Positions 48,431-58,504 of a stretch of 64,000 nt of DNA are shown in pieces (position 1 is the first letter of the stretch; every line of letters begins with the position of its first letter). The notes under the pieces are model-generated. The model had not been told where the DNA came from. It searched no databases and saw only the letters and a list, made by a program, of their open reading frames with translations. Origin of the DNA: Macrostomum lignano (lineage: Eukaryota); the NCBI GenBank assembly GCA_002269645.1, contig NIVC01001024.1:1-64000 (forward strand), given 5' to 3'. Made by a program: the position numbers and the translations under genes.

Positions 48431-50305
48431 TGCCATTTTGCAGTATCCTAATTAAAAAAACCAAAATGTTAGAAAATACAGTCTACTTTATTTAAGGCGA
48501 ACTTATAAGCGTAATCGCCTAAGATCTTCTGCATTATGCGCTGAAAGCAGGCGGGTCCGTTCGTGACTCCGAATGGCAAAACTTTCCACTGGAACAGGCC
48601 ATCATAGGTTCGAAACGCTAATTTCTCGCGGTCAGTCTCTCTGACCTTCACTGACCAATAAGCGCCGACCATGTCTAGGGTGCTAAAGTACATGTTGCCT
48701 GCCAGGGATTCCAGCGATTCTTGAATTAGCGGTAACGGAAAACTGTCCTTCTTAGTCTTATTATTTAACTGTCTGAAATCACAGCAAAATCTGAATTCTC
48801 CGGACTTCTTCCGGGCGAGAACAATAGGGCAACTCCACTCAGATTCTGAGGGCTCAATCAAATCGTGCTCTAATAGCTGCTGCACATGCCCGCTTACAAA
48901 TTCTCGTTGCTCAGGGCTTTGCTTGCGCAGTGGAATTCTGACTGGAATTTCATCGGTCGTCTCGATCTTGAATTCGCCCATCCGGGTCTTTCCGATATCC
49001 CACTGCTCTTTCGAAACAATATTCTGATAACGATGTAAGAATTCAATTACTTTTATCTTCTGAGCCTCACTAAAATTGGTCTCGTTTAAGCGGAATTGCT
49101 CCCAAAGTCTATCAGCTTCTTGCACCGTGACTGCTGCATTCGGTTGCTTCTGTGCACCTACTTCTAAATCAGTTTCTGACATTGCGAAAAGTTTTAAATC
49201 TTCCTTCAGCGGTTGATACTGCGCCACTACCTCATCCTTATGAATTGTCTGAGCCTCTACTGTCAGGTTCATTATTCTAACGTAAGTTTCGCCGAATTCA
49301 TCTAATCTGGTAATATCTTTAGCTACTAATGGCTCATCTTTCTCGCTAATTTGACTGCGGCCTGAAATGAAGCCGAGTTTTTCAGCCTCTGGAATATCTT
49401 TACATTTAGCCTTGACATAAATTTTGCTCATCGGTGCTATAGATATTTTCTTGGCTACTTGCAGTAGGACGCAACGCGTTTCATCGCTCGTTGTTACAAG
49501 CGGAATTCTGCGATCACTGAATTCTAAGGATTTCCCTGCTATGTCTAATTTAATTTTATGCCTAGTTAACAAATCGATGCCTATAATTGATGATGTTAGT
49601 AAGCCTTCAGCAACATAGAATGGGTGCGTTATCTTGCAGTCTCCAAATCTGACTCGTAATGCCACTTACTCAAATTTGAAGTCTGGCCATTTGCGGATCG
49701 CATATTTACAGAGCATGGCTTCAGACTATGATTGTCTGGATAGAGGCGCTGATATAATTTCTTATCGATAAGGCAATTCGAGGCGCCAGTGTCAACTAAT
49801 ATTTTTCGCTTACTCCGTTAATCTGGCTATCGAGGAATAATCCTGAGTTCACTACTTGACTAGATACTTATGCTTCTACTCTCTTCGCTGATTCTGGCTT
49901 CTCTGTTGCTTTCTTCTCAGCTGCCACATCTCGCTGGATGGCTGTCTCTAACTTTCTTAATTCCTGTTTCATTTCCCTAAGTTCAGCTCTAAGTTCTGCT
50001 GTCGTGGCACTCTTGTCAGGTTCTTCTTTCGTTGATTCTTCTTGTACTTTCCCTACCAAGCATTGGCGCAAGTCCTTTAATTCGTTTCTAAGATCTGATA
50101 ATTCTTTTACTACCTTAGATTCGTCTGCTGAAGCTTTCTTTCCTTCTTCTTCACTGAGTCGCAAGTCTATGCTGTTTAACGCACTTCTCTGAGCTTCCGC
50201 AGCTTCGCTTCGCTTCTCTAATTCTTCTGTCAATGCCTCTGACTGTCTAGCTAAACTCGCTGACTTCTGTTTGTTAATTTCTGCTAATCTGCGTTCCTCG
50301 CTTGA

Positions 50306-50519
50306 GCAAATTTTAACATTGACTGCTCTATGTTTCTTACTATGAGTAGTATCATTAGTGCGAATAAATTTTACTGTCGTCCTCTGGCGCAGAAAGTGCA
50401 TAACTTCGTAATCAGTTGCTATGTTAATATGTGACATGAAAGAAAATATCTCTATTATTGCTATCTCGCAGAAATCCGTAGCCTCTGTAATAATTATACC
50501 AAACTAAATTGCCATATTC
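50306..50519 (-). other. Cold-shock domain (Y-box type) encoded between gag and protease of the gypsy fragment, split by a small indel at ~50437
   Basis: EYGNLVWYNYYRGYGFLRDSNNRDIFFH (RNP1/RNP2-like) followed, after a frame change, by SHINIATDYEVMHFLRQRTTVKFIRTNDTTHSKKHRAVNVKIC. Confidence 0.8.
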
Positions 50520-50594
50520 TACATTGCATGATCTAACTTGCTGGTCTTCTTCTGCTGCAGCTCTTCTACTGGGAGCAAATCGGTTTAGTGGCTG

Positions 50595-50639
50595 GGGGCG
50601 GTTGGCCCTCCCTTGGTGCCGCCCCGCCGGTAGTTTAAA
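50595..50639 (-). promoter_or_regulatory. Candidate -1 programmed ribosomal frameshift signal (U UUA AAC, 7-nt spacer, GGGGCGG/CCGCCCC stem)
   Basis: The heptamer is in the correct gag phase (TTA is a gag codon); the -1 frame is open from there through the CSD N-terminal half. Confidence 0.75.
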
Positions 50640-51289
50640 GAATTTCGTCTAGCTGGGCAGTCTCTAGCCAGGTGACTTTCTTCGCCGCACTCATAACAGG
50701 CCTTTCTCGCATTTGGCGCCTTCGCCCCCGAAGGTTTGAACCTGTCATTGGCCCCTCCAGCCTCGTGACCAAAGCGTGGCGGGCGTGTCATGGCGGGCCT
50801 GACAAAGGGCGAAGACTGCCTATTATAAGGTCTTGAGTAGCTGCTCATGTGATGCTGAGGCCGAAAGCTATTCGGAGGCTGCACTGTTGTCTGTGGCCTA
50901 TAGCTTGGATTCATCTGTCTATGGGCGAACCTAGGTTGCCATTGCCTGTAGTCAAATTGAGGCTGATGATTCTGGTACGGTTGGTACTGCGAAGGATGGT
51001 TGGCTGGGGAAGCAAACTGAGGTCCAAATGACTGGTGGCCTTGGCCCGCGCTGGGTGCTGCCACTGGTTTCTTCGCTTCTTTTTCTACTTGAGCTGTCAA
51101 AGTATTTGAGCCCTCCTGCTTCCTCCTATTCTTTTGACTGCCTGGGTTTGCGAGCTCTTCGAGGATCTTCTCGTTCTTGGCTGCGGTCAACAAATCTTAC
51201 GTCTGGTATTTCGACTCATGCGTTCTACGATAGGTGATAACTGCGCCCCTTACTTTGTAATTTGCTATGCCGGCTTCAAATCGTTCAGA

Positions 51290-51560
51290 GACCGATGAGG
51301 GCCTGAATATCCGATTCACAACTGCTGGGGCACGAGCTGGCTGGAGGGATGCAGCAGTTGTGGATGCGCAGGAAGTCGGAGCCTTGCGATTGAGATAGAG
51401 GTTGAAAGACGTTCTAATGGCGAGAAGTCAGAGCTCGGAGCGGTGTCGACGGAGTGGTAGGGGATGCCGCTTTTGACCAGGAAGCAGAGGCCGCCCCCTT
51501 TGTTGCGGTCTCTGTCGAGACAGATGATGTCATAGCTTCATCCTTCATACCTTCGACTGT
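51290..51560 (-). mobile_element. Non-LTR retrotransposon (LINE) AP-endonuclease fragment
   Basis: YDIICLDRDRNKGGGLCFLVKSGIPY...FLRIHNCCIPPASSC matches the APE DR..GGG..I(L)VK and NxYxPP motifs. Confidence 0.75.
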
Positions 51561-51589
51561 CAGAGGGATGACGACTGGTGGGGTTAATA

Positions 51590-51790
51590 GTAGTAGCCAA
51601 GCTTGTCACCCAAATCAAGTTGTAGCCTTGTCACCCATATCGATTTGTAGTAGCCTTGTGACCTATTTTGATTTCTAGTAGCCGTGTGACTCATATCGAT
51701 TTGTAGTGGTCTTGTCGCCTTCGTCAATTTTTTATATCTTTGTATTCCACATTTAGTTGTGGTAGCTTTGTGAGCCTCATCGATTTTTCA
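51590..51790. repeat. Degenerate 28-bp minisatellite (TTTGTAGTAGCCTTGTCACCCATATCGA family)
   Basis: Several diverged units. Confidence 0.75.
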
Positions 51791-51805
51791 TATCCTTGTC
51801 ACTGT

Positions 51806-52035
51806 TGTAACCTGCGTCGGTTTGGGTGCCCAGTCCCGAGTACAATATATATAATACGTAATATACAGGCGTAGTGACGCTCTGTCTGTACTTTTATGGA
51901 TACGAGCAGGCGTGACGACGCTCTGCGATAAAAGTTCGATCCCTCTGGTGTTGTGACACTCAGAGTTCACGCTGCGGCTCGAGGTGTGGTGACACTCTCG
52001 AGTGCTTCTAGTCTCAATACTGTAGGTTGTACACA
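51806..52035. mobile_element. Possible short solo LTR
   Basis: TGTTGTAACC...GGTTGTACACA imperfect inverted termini; no clean TSD. Confidence 0.3.
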
Positions 52036-52343
52036 CTATATAGTGTAGACGGTATAGTACTACAAAAAGCTATATGATCTCCCGGCGTTATGACGCTCTG
52101 GCAAGAACTCAGCCTAACAAGCTCCCAGAAAAGAACGAACTCAAGCAGCAGGCGGCTTACCAGTGGCCAAATCGCCGTTACGTTTATTGATTCGCTCGTT
52201 GACAGTGCAGGTTCTAACTTCCAAGATTCTTCTTAAGGCTCTTCTGTTTCTTTTCTCGTATTCAATAGCTAGAATTGCTGTTTACGGTCTAGTCTCGCAC
52301 TTGTACTCTCCGAGCACACCAATTCAAAACACAAAACAGCACG

Positions 52344-52558
52344 AACAGAGCAAACAGAGCAAACAGAGCAAACAGAGCAAACAGAGCAAACAGAGCAAAC
52401 AGAGCAAACAGAGCAAACAGAGCAAACAGAGCAAACAGAGCAAACAGAGCAAACAGAACAAACAGAGCAAACAGAGCAAACAGAGCAAACAGAGCAAACA
52501 GAGCAAACAGAGCAAACAGAGCAAACAGAACAAACAGAGCAAACAGAGCAAACAGAGC
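52344..52558. repeat. 9-bp tandem repeat (AAACAGAGC)n followed by a GC-rich CCAAT-containing segment
   Basis: About 24 units read directly. Confidence 0.95.
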
Positions 52559-55500
52559 GAAGGGCGTGAGCAGGGCCCAGAGCCGCATTAAATAATAACC
52601 AAACCCTGGGGCCGATGGCCCCACCGGCTAAGCCCACCCAAACAAGCTACCCCAACAAAATAGAGACTGGCCGCACCGGTCAGCCAATCAAAACCCCGCC
52701 TAGGAGGGGGAGGGGCCGCACCCGCGCCAAAGCTGGCCCGGCCGCAGCCAACCAGCCTGAGCACGGGGCAGGGGCACGGCTGGGGAGGGGCACGCGCAAA
52801 GCCCGGCCGGCCGCCAGACCCTGCCACGCCCGCCAACCCCCCAACCAGCCCCAAAGTGCAACGCGCCCTGCCAACTGACAAGGGCGCATGCACTACCCAC
52901 TAGTATCAATTTGTAGTCGTTTTCTACTCATACCATGCTGTATTGTCTGCTTCAAAGTGAAAATCTGAAAATACAGTTTCCATTGAAAATTTATTAACGA
53001 ATACATGGTGCATGAATCACTTAAATGCATCAGAGTTAAATTGTTTTTTAAGCACTAATGAGTTGTGCAGTTATTTTGTATTATTTGCGAATGCAATTTG
53101 TGCATACAGGATAATATAAGTATTGACGCTAATATAGGGCAACGAAAAACGAAACTACACCTATATATTATAGGTTAAACTACATCATGGCAAACTGGGA
53201 CTGAGATCTCGTCTCATCAGCAATCCCAATGGCCTGCAGTTTGAATCCGGAAAGTGTCAGTGAGGGTGACAGTACGCCTTTGGCAACGCCATACTTTCTC
53301 AGTGAGCTGATGAAGGATAACCAGCGACTGAGGCTCTTTTTGTTCGTCAAATCCGTGACTCCTCAGACAGCGTTTTAGCAGCTTTTCGCGGCGTTCTCTG
53401 GAGGTAAAGCTATGCGCTGCAGTACAAGCACGAGCCATTGGATCCGTCTGGCCGAAAGCTTCTCCGTGAAGTGCATATTCAGATCGCAGAGCAGCAGAGA
53501 CCTGTGGTGTTGAATCAGGGTTTGTTCTCGGCTCTTTTTAGTCATTTGCACAGCTTCCATGCCATCCAGATAATTAAGATCGATTCATGGCAGCGCAGAA
53601 GAGACGCATCTTCAGGTCTTCCTGAGCAGACGGAACGCACGACAGGCCTGAGTCCTTCCGTCGGAGACGATTTGGCCGGTGGCTCTACAAAAGGAAGCCA
53701 AGGTGACTCCATAGTCAGAAAAGCTCCCTGAGTTTAGTCAGCAATAGTATGAGCCCGATCTGCCCACAAGTACACGGCATCGCTCATGGCACTGAGAACT
53801 CTACTGCACATTCTAGGATGCGCTTACACTACATAGAAGCTGCAGCCCTGATATTGCCTGTATTGAAATCAGTTGTGGGATGCCTTAGTCTCAGGCAGGG
53901 AAATCCACTGCTTAAGAGTATGATTACCGTGTCGCTATAGTCTCACTAATCCTGCGCTTACAGTCTACCATAGTAAGTTATGTGCCTTGGTTGCATGTAG
54001 AGGCCTATTGCATAAAACATTCGAACTTCAAGATTACGTTCAATATTTCCGAAAAATCAATGGCTGAATTTTTGCATTTGAATTAGCAGTGTTCCTCAAT
54101 TTCTGTAGAGTCACGGAAATTGGGCAACATAGAAACCATTAAAAAGCTAAAGTTAAATCCCATGCGACTTTTTAAAAAACGTTACTGTTATGGTTATGAG
54201 AATCTGCCATAGATCTGCCATAATCTGCCATAGTCTTAGATGATTGTCGGTTACTATTCAGCATCCAGAGCTGGGCTAACATCTCGCCAAAATACTTAAT
54301 TTGTAATTACAAATTCTGAAGTTACGCCGATAACTAATGTACTCGTAAAATAAAAATCAGCAGTTTCGACAGTAATCATATTTTTAGACATAATATAAAA
54401 ATCCTTCAAGTCAATCTAACTAAACAACTCAAAGTATTGAGGTCGCTTAGCAAAAAGATTAGATAGTTGACGGCTCATACCACTTAAAAAACAAGCGTTA
54501 AGCTTTGTGTAAAGGTATAGTAAGTGAAACCATTATATTAAAGTTTGAGTTGAAAATGAAAGCGACAAAGCTATGGCAGAGGGCCCAAAAGGGTATATTA
54601 TTTACTACTACTATAACTACTAGATGATTTCCAGACTGCTCCTGATAAAACCGGAGCCTACAGCAAATGCAACTATTTTTATTAATATTTTTATTTTACA
54701 ATTTAGCGATTAAAATACTCGAAAACTTTCTATTTTATGTTATATGTAAAACTGATGGGTTCGGCCTTTTTAAGCCTGTAGCTTCGGGCCTCAGAACTCA
54801 GAAATGAATCACTTAAAGCTCCGGCCTCTCACTCCTGTCAGATGGTCAGCCCCATGGTAGCTTGATTGTGGGCAAGCAGCAACGTCCTATAGCTAAGAGA
54901 AGACATCGAGAGACAAGCAGGGAGAATTTGAAAGGTAGAGATTAGCTAATCTGCGGACCGCTGCCACCAGTCCGTGCGCCCCGGCTCACCAAACCGGAGC
55001 TATCGAAATCGGACTTCCGACTAGAGGGGCACTGCACATACCTGCCATCTAGTGTCTTTTAGCTGTCTAAATTTCGAAGTCATAGCCGAATAGAAGGGAC
55101 GCTGCTGGGACTAAGATCGCATTGGCCATGCAGGGACAGAGAGGACTTCTGCAGGGGGTTCTTGCGCTGGCAAGCCTTTAAACACTACTAAAAGTACTAT
55201 TTCATTACCAAATTCCCAGAAGTACATGTACAAGTACACGTAACTGCACGCTTTTGGCTCTAAATGTGTTAACACGTCGACAGATAGCGATGATGTAGAT
55301 GCATTGTTACTTTTGGAGACCTTTAAACTAATATTTATCTTGTTTCAGCCGCTTAGCTGCCTGAGACCATGCTAAATCACCAGTCTGGCGCTTAATTTGA
55401 ATGCTTATCACGATTTCTTAGATCGACAAATTGACTGGGAACTGTGCCGCTTCCGGTCCACTGTGACCTCTGCCCCTAGATTTAGCCACTCATCTCAGCT

Positions 55501-55649
55501 GGCATTGCGAAAAAGAAAGAAAACGCTAAGTCTTTAACTTTCAGTTTCTTTCTCACTTAATCCGCAATCCTATACGCCTTAGATTGAGTCGGAGCAATTA
55601 GCTACTTTTAGTATTATTGTAGAGGATTTCATCTCCTTTAAAAATCTAT

Positions 55650-57360
55650 AAACAGTGTTAACATGCTATTGTACTTATACAGTAGTATAGCTAAGGCACG
55701 TACAAAAATAAGTATTGAACCATGGCTACATTTGTATCAACCAATCAGAAATGCGAAAAGTTGGTTATGTTATTTTTAGTAACCAACCAATCACTTGACC
55801 CACAATTGTCAAGTTAAATCCATTTGCGATTCATCATTGGCCACGTGCAACCTACGTTTGTCAGTTCAAACCCCACCTACGATTCGTCATTTGGCTTGCA
55901 CTCAATCTGCACCGAGCGAACCAATCAAACGCGACAGAAAAACACCAGATACGGTAACCAATCATGTGTGTTTTACAGTAGACTAGTTGCATAACTTTCT
56001 GCCCTGTCATGCTTGACAGCCACCGAATCGTGACCCCTTGACATTTACGCAGACAATGATGTACGACCTCGAGAGAGGCCCGAACGCCTATAAATACAAG
56101 TGGTTCGGAACGGACCCGGAGCCAAGAATCTCAGAGAGAGAGAAGCTCCGAAGAGGAAGCCATAGTCGAACTTCCTGGAACCAAGTCGACGAGCCTCGGC
56201 TGAGTTCTCGCGGTAAGCCTTACTCATTTGCGCCCGTTGGTTGAGACGTCTCGCTCAAGTCTAGTTGAGACTTGAGTTTATTTGAGTCTGTTTAGACTCC
56301 ACTGGTTGCAGTCTCCAGAAGGACTGCCCCTGATAGGTCTGACGGAATCAGTGGTTCCGGAGCTATACCTAGAGTTCAGAGAGGCACTGCTAGAAGGAGT
56401 AGGCTTATTTTATACCGCAGTTTGGCGCAGGGTACCCATTGTTAATTTGGAAGCTTCCTATTGGTCCGAACGACAGATACCGGATGGCAAAAGAAGAAAA
56501 GGAAACTCGGACCAGGACTACAAGTCGAGTCGAATTCAGGCCTGAGCTACAGATCGAGATCTACACGAGATCTACGAAGGACTCGAAGAAGAAGAGAATC
56601 TCATAAGAAGTCAAGGTAATTGAATACCTTCATTTGATTACTGGGTTGCCTAGCAAGAAGCTAGAAGTGATTGTTCCTTGATTATCGAAAGTCGGGTAAT
56701 AAGGAACACGTCATCATTATGTGAAACTTCTGCCTCGAGTTTTGGCACACAAAAACAAGAAGGAAAAGTGCAAATCCAATGAGACTGCCTAGGAAGGGGT
56801 CAGACAAGGAGTGCACCTAGTTAAGCAGGTCAAGAAAGCCTCTCGACCAATCAGAGGACCTATCTGCCGGTAGCCAAGGAATCCACAGAGACGGAAGCGC
56901 TCAGACGGGATGCTGCTGCTGATCTTGACTGACGAGTGCCGCCGCTACTCTTCACTTGCCGGTGGGTGTTGCTGCTCTTGGTTCGCGACCGGGAAGTACG
57001 GACGATGCTTCTCGGGGGGAACTTAGCGGTAGACGCCGAAACTGCCGGGGGGGAAGGGGATCAGGTCGGTGGGCGGGCCGGTCCCAAGGTGGGCAGGAAG
57101 AAAGGACCACAGCCCAAGAAAGACCTTTTCGAGCGCGGGTCGAGTTTCCGCCTTTTATAGCTCTCACGCGGCTGATTTGATATGACGCACGCCGAATTTT
57201 CCGATTGGCTGAGCCGGGGGCAGATAGGTCGACTCTGATTGGCTGAGCTCAAGACCCCAAAACCCACCCCACCAGGTGGCCTTTAGACCCCAGGGAAGTT
57301 AACAAGTGCGGTCATAAATCATGTGCAAAACACAATAAAAGTCACTTGTCTAGATACCCT
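55650..57360. mobile_element. LTR-like, promoter-motif-rich segment (boundaries uncertain)
   Basis: Multiple CCAAT boxes then TATAAATA (56089) and GGTAAG (56212) on +; TATAAAA (~57158) and CCAAT boxes on -; layout resembles 29385-30390. Confidence 0.4.
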
Positions 57361-58504
57361 GGCGCCAAAAGTGACAGCAAAACGCCCATAAATCAAAGGA
57401 GAAAGTAACAGAGCGAGTGGGGAGAAAGCTGAAAAGACCTCTTTGAGCCAGACAGGCTGGAGCCAAAAGTGACAGCTAGACCGCCATAAATCACTGAAAA
57501 CAGTGAAAAAGCCACAAATCTGGGGGTCAGAATGGGGTTGAAGACATTCCTCCTGACTTAGTGTCGCCTGTCTAGACTGTTAGAGGTCAACCCGTCTCAG
57601 ACCCAGATAGTCTGATCTTCAAAGATGCGTAAAAAATCCAAAATTAGAATCCTAAGAGAAGTACATTGAGTATCTAACATAAGTGATGCCATAAATTAGT
57701 ATAGAACTTAGCCTAGATTAGAGAATGGAGAGAAAATCTTAAGCTAGCCTACTGACAGTAGGGGGAAAGCGCATCGAAGCAAAATGTACGGTTTTAAGAT
57801 TGAAAAATGGTGTGTCCTCATAAATAAATGTCCTCATCATAACTAAATATTTGCTGTAAAATGACCTGAACCATGTTGCTTGCTAGTGCTACTATTGCAA
57901 AAACTATGCATCTAAATTAAAAAAAACTAGGAGCATCAAAATGTACCCAATTTTTCAATTTTTAAAAATTCCTGCTCAATTTTTCAAACAATCCGTGCAT
58001 GCAAGATTGATCTAGACAGAGGCAAAGAAAACAGTGACCAGTTACAGTGACAGTGACAGTGACTATGATTAAAAAAAGTCGCGACAACATCCTAATTTTT
58101 TCATACACATTTCCACCCTTAAACCGTTATAAATTTATAACGAAAGAGAGAAAGTTGCATCGCTAACAAACAGTTGAAGCGAAATGTCTAAACTACACTA
58201 GTATATGTACTAGCCTCCAATTCCCTCTCTCATTCGTTTTCTCGATTGTTTATTTTACAAGAAAATAAACTTGATCTTTTCTAACCTTTTCTAATCTTTT
58301 AATCAAACTGTACAGTGAAAGGCGGTTTGCGCAATAAAATTGGGTTGCATATCACAATATACTAAATAATATGCTAAATTCTTAAATTCGAAATGTCACA
58401 AAATTAGGAGTGCGTAAAATTTCTGCTGCGACCAGCCCAGGTTACAAATGCCAAAACACAAATACAGTTTGCAGTAGTAAGCCTAACTTCGTATACAGGC
58501 AATC

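Larger units (their letters stand above)
48490..51290 (-). mobile_element. Decayed Ty3/gypsy LTR-retrotransposon fragment: gag C-terminus, CSD/coiled-coil region, aspartic protease, RT truncated before YxDD
   Basis: CCHC knuckle CYECGEESHLARDC; protease KILVDTGAS (DTG at 49785-49793); RT motifs IEPSESEWSCPIVLARKK, FRFCCDFRQLN, FSTLDM..AYW, KLAF, PFGVTNGPACFQRIM; ends abruptly at ILGDYAYKFAL. Confidence 0.92.

Noticed and set aside
49868-50437. Independent env-like or extra ORF between gag and pol
   Set aside because: Its N-terminus is the second half of the CSD and its stop reads through in frame into protease-leading residues; better explained as a broken part of Pol.
53200-53830. Transposase remnant (weakly similar to ~32490-32560)
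   Set aside because: Looks like decayed coding sequence but no catalytic motif could be identified.
57360-57380. Primer-binding site TGGCGCC after the LTR-like segment
   Set aside because: Only 7 nt resemble a tRNA 3' complement, no CA end precedes it and no gag follows.
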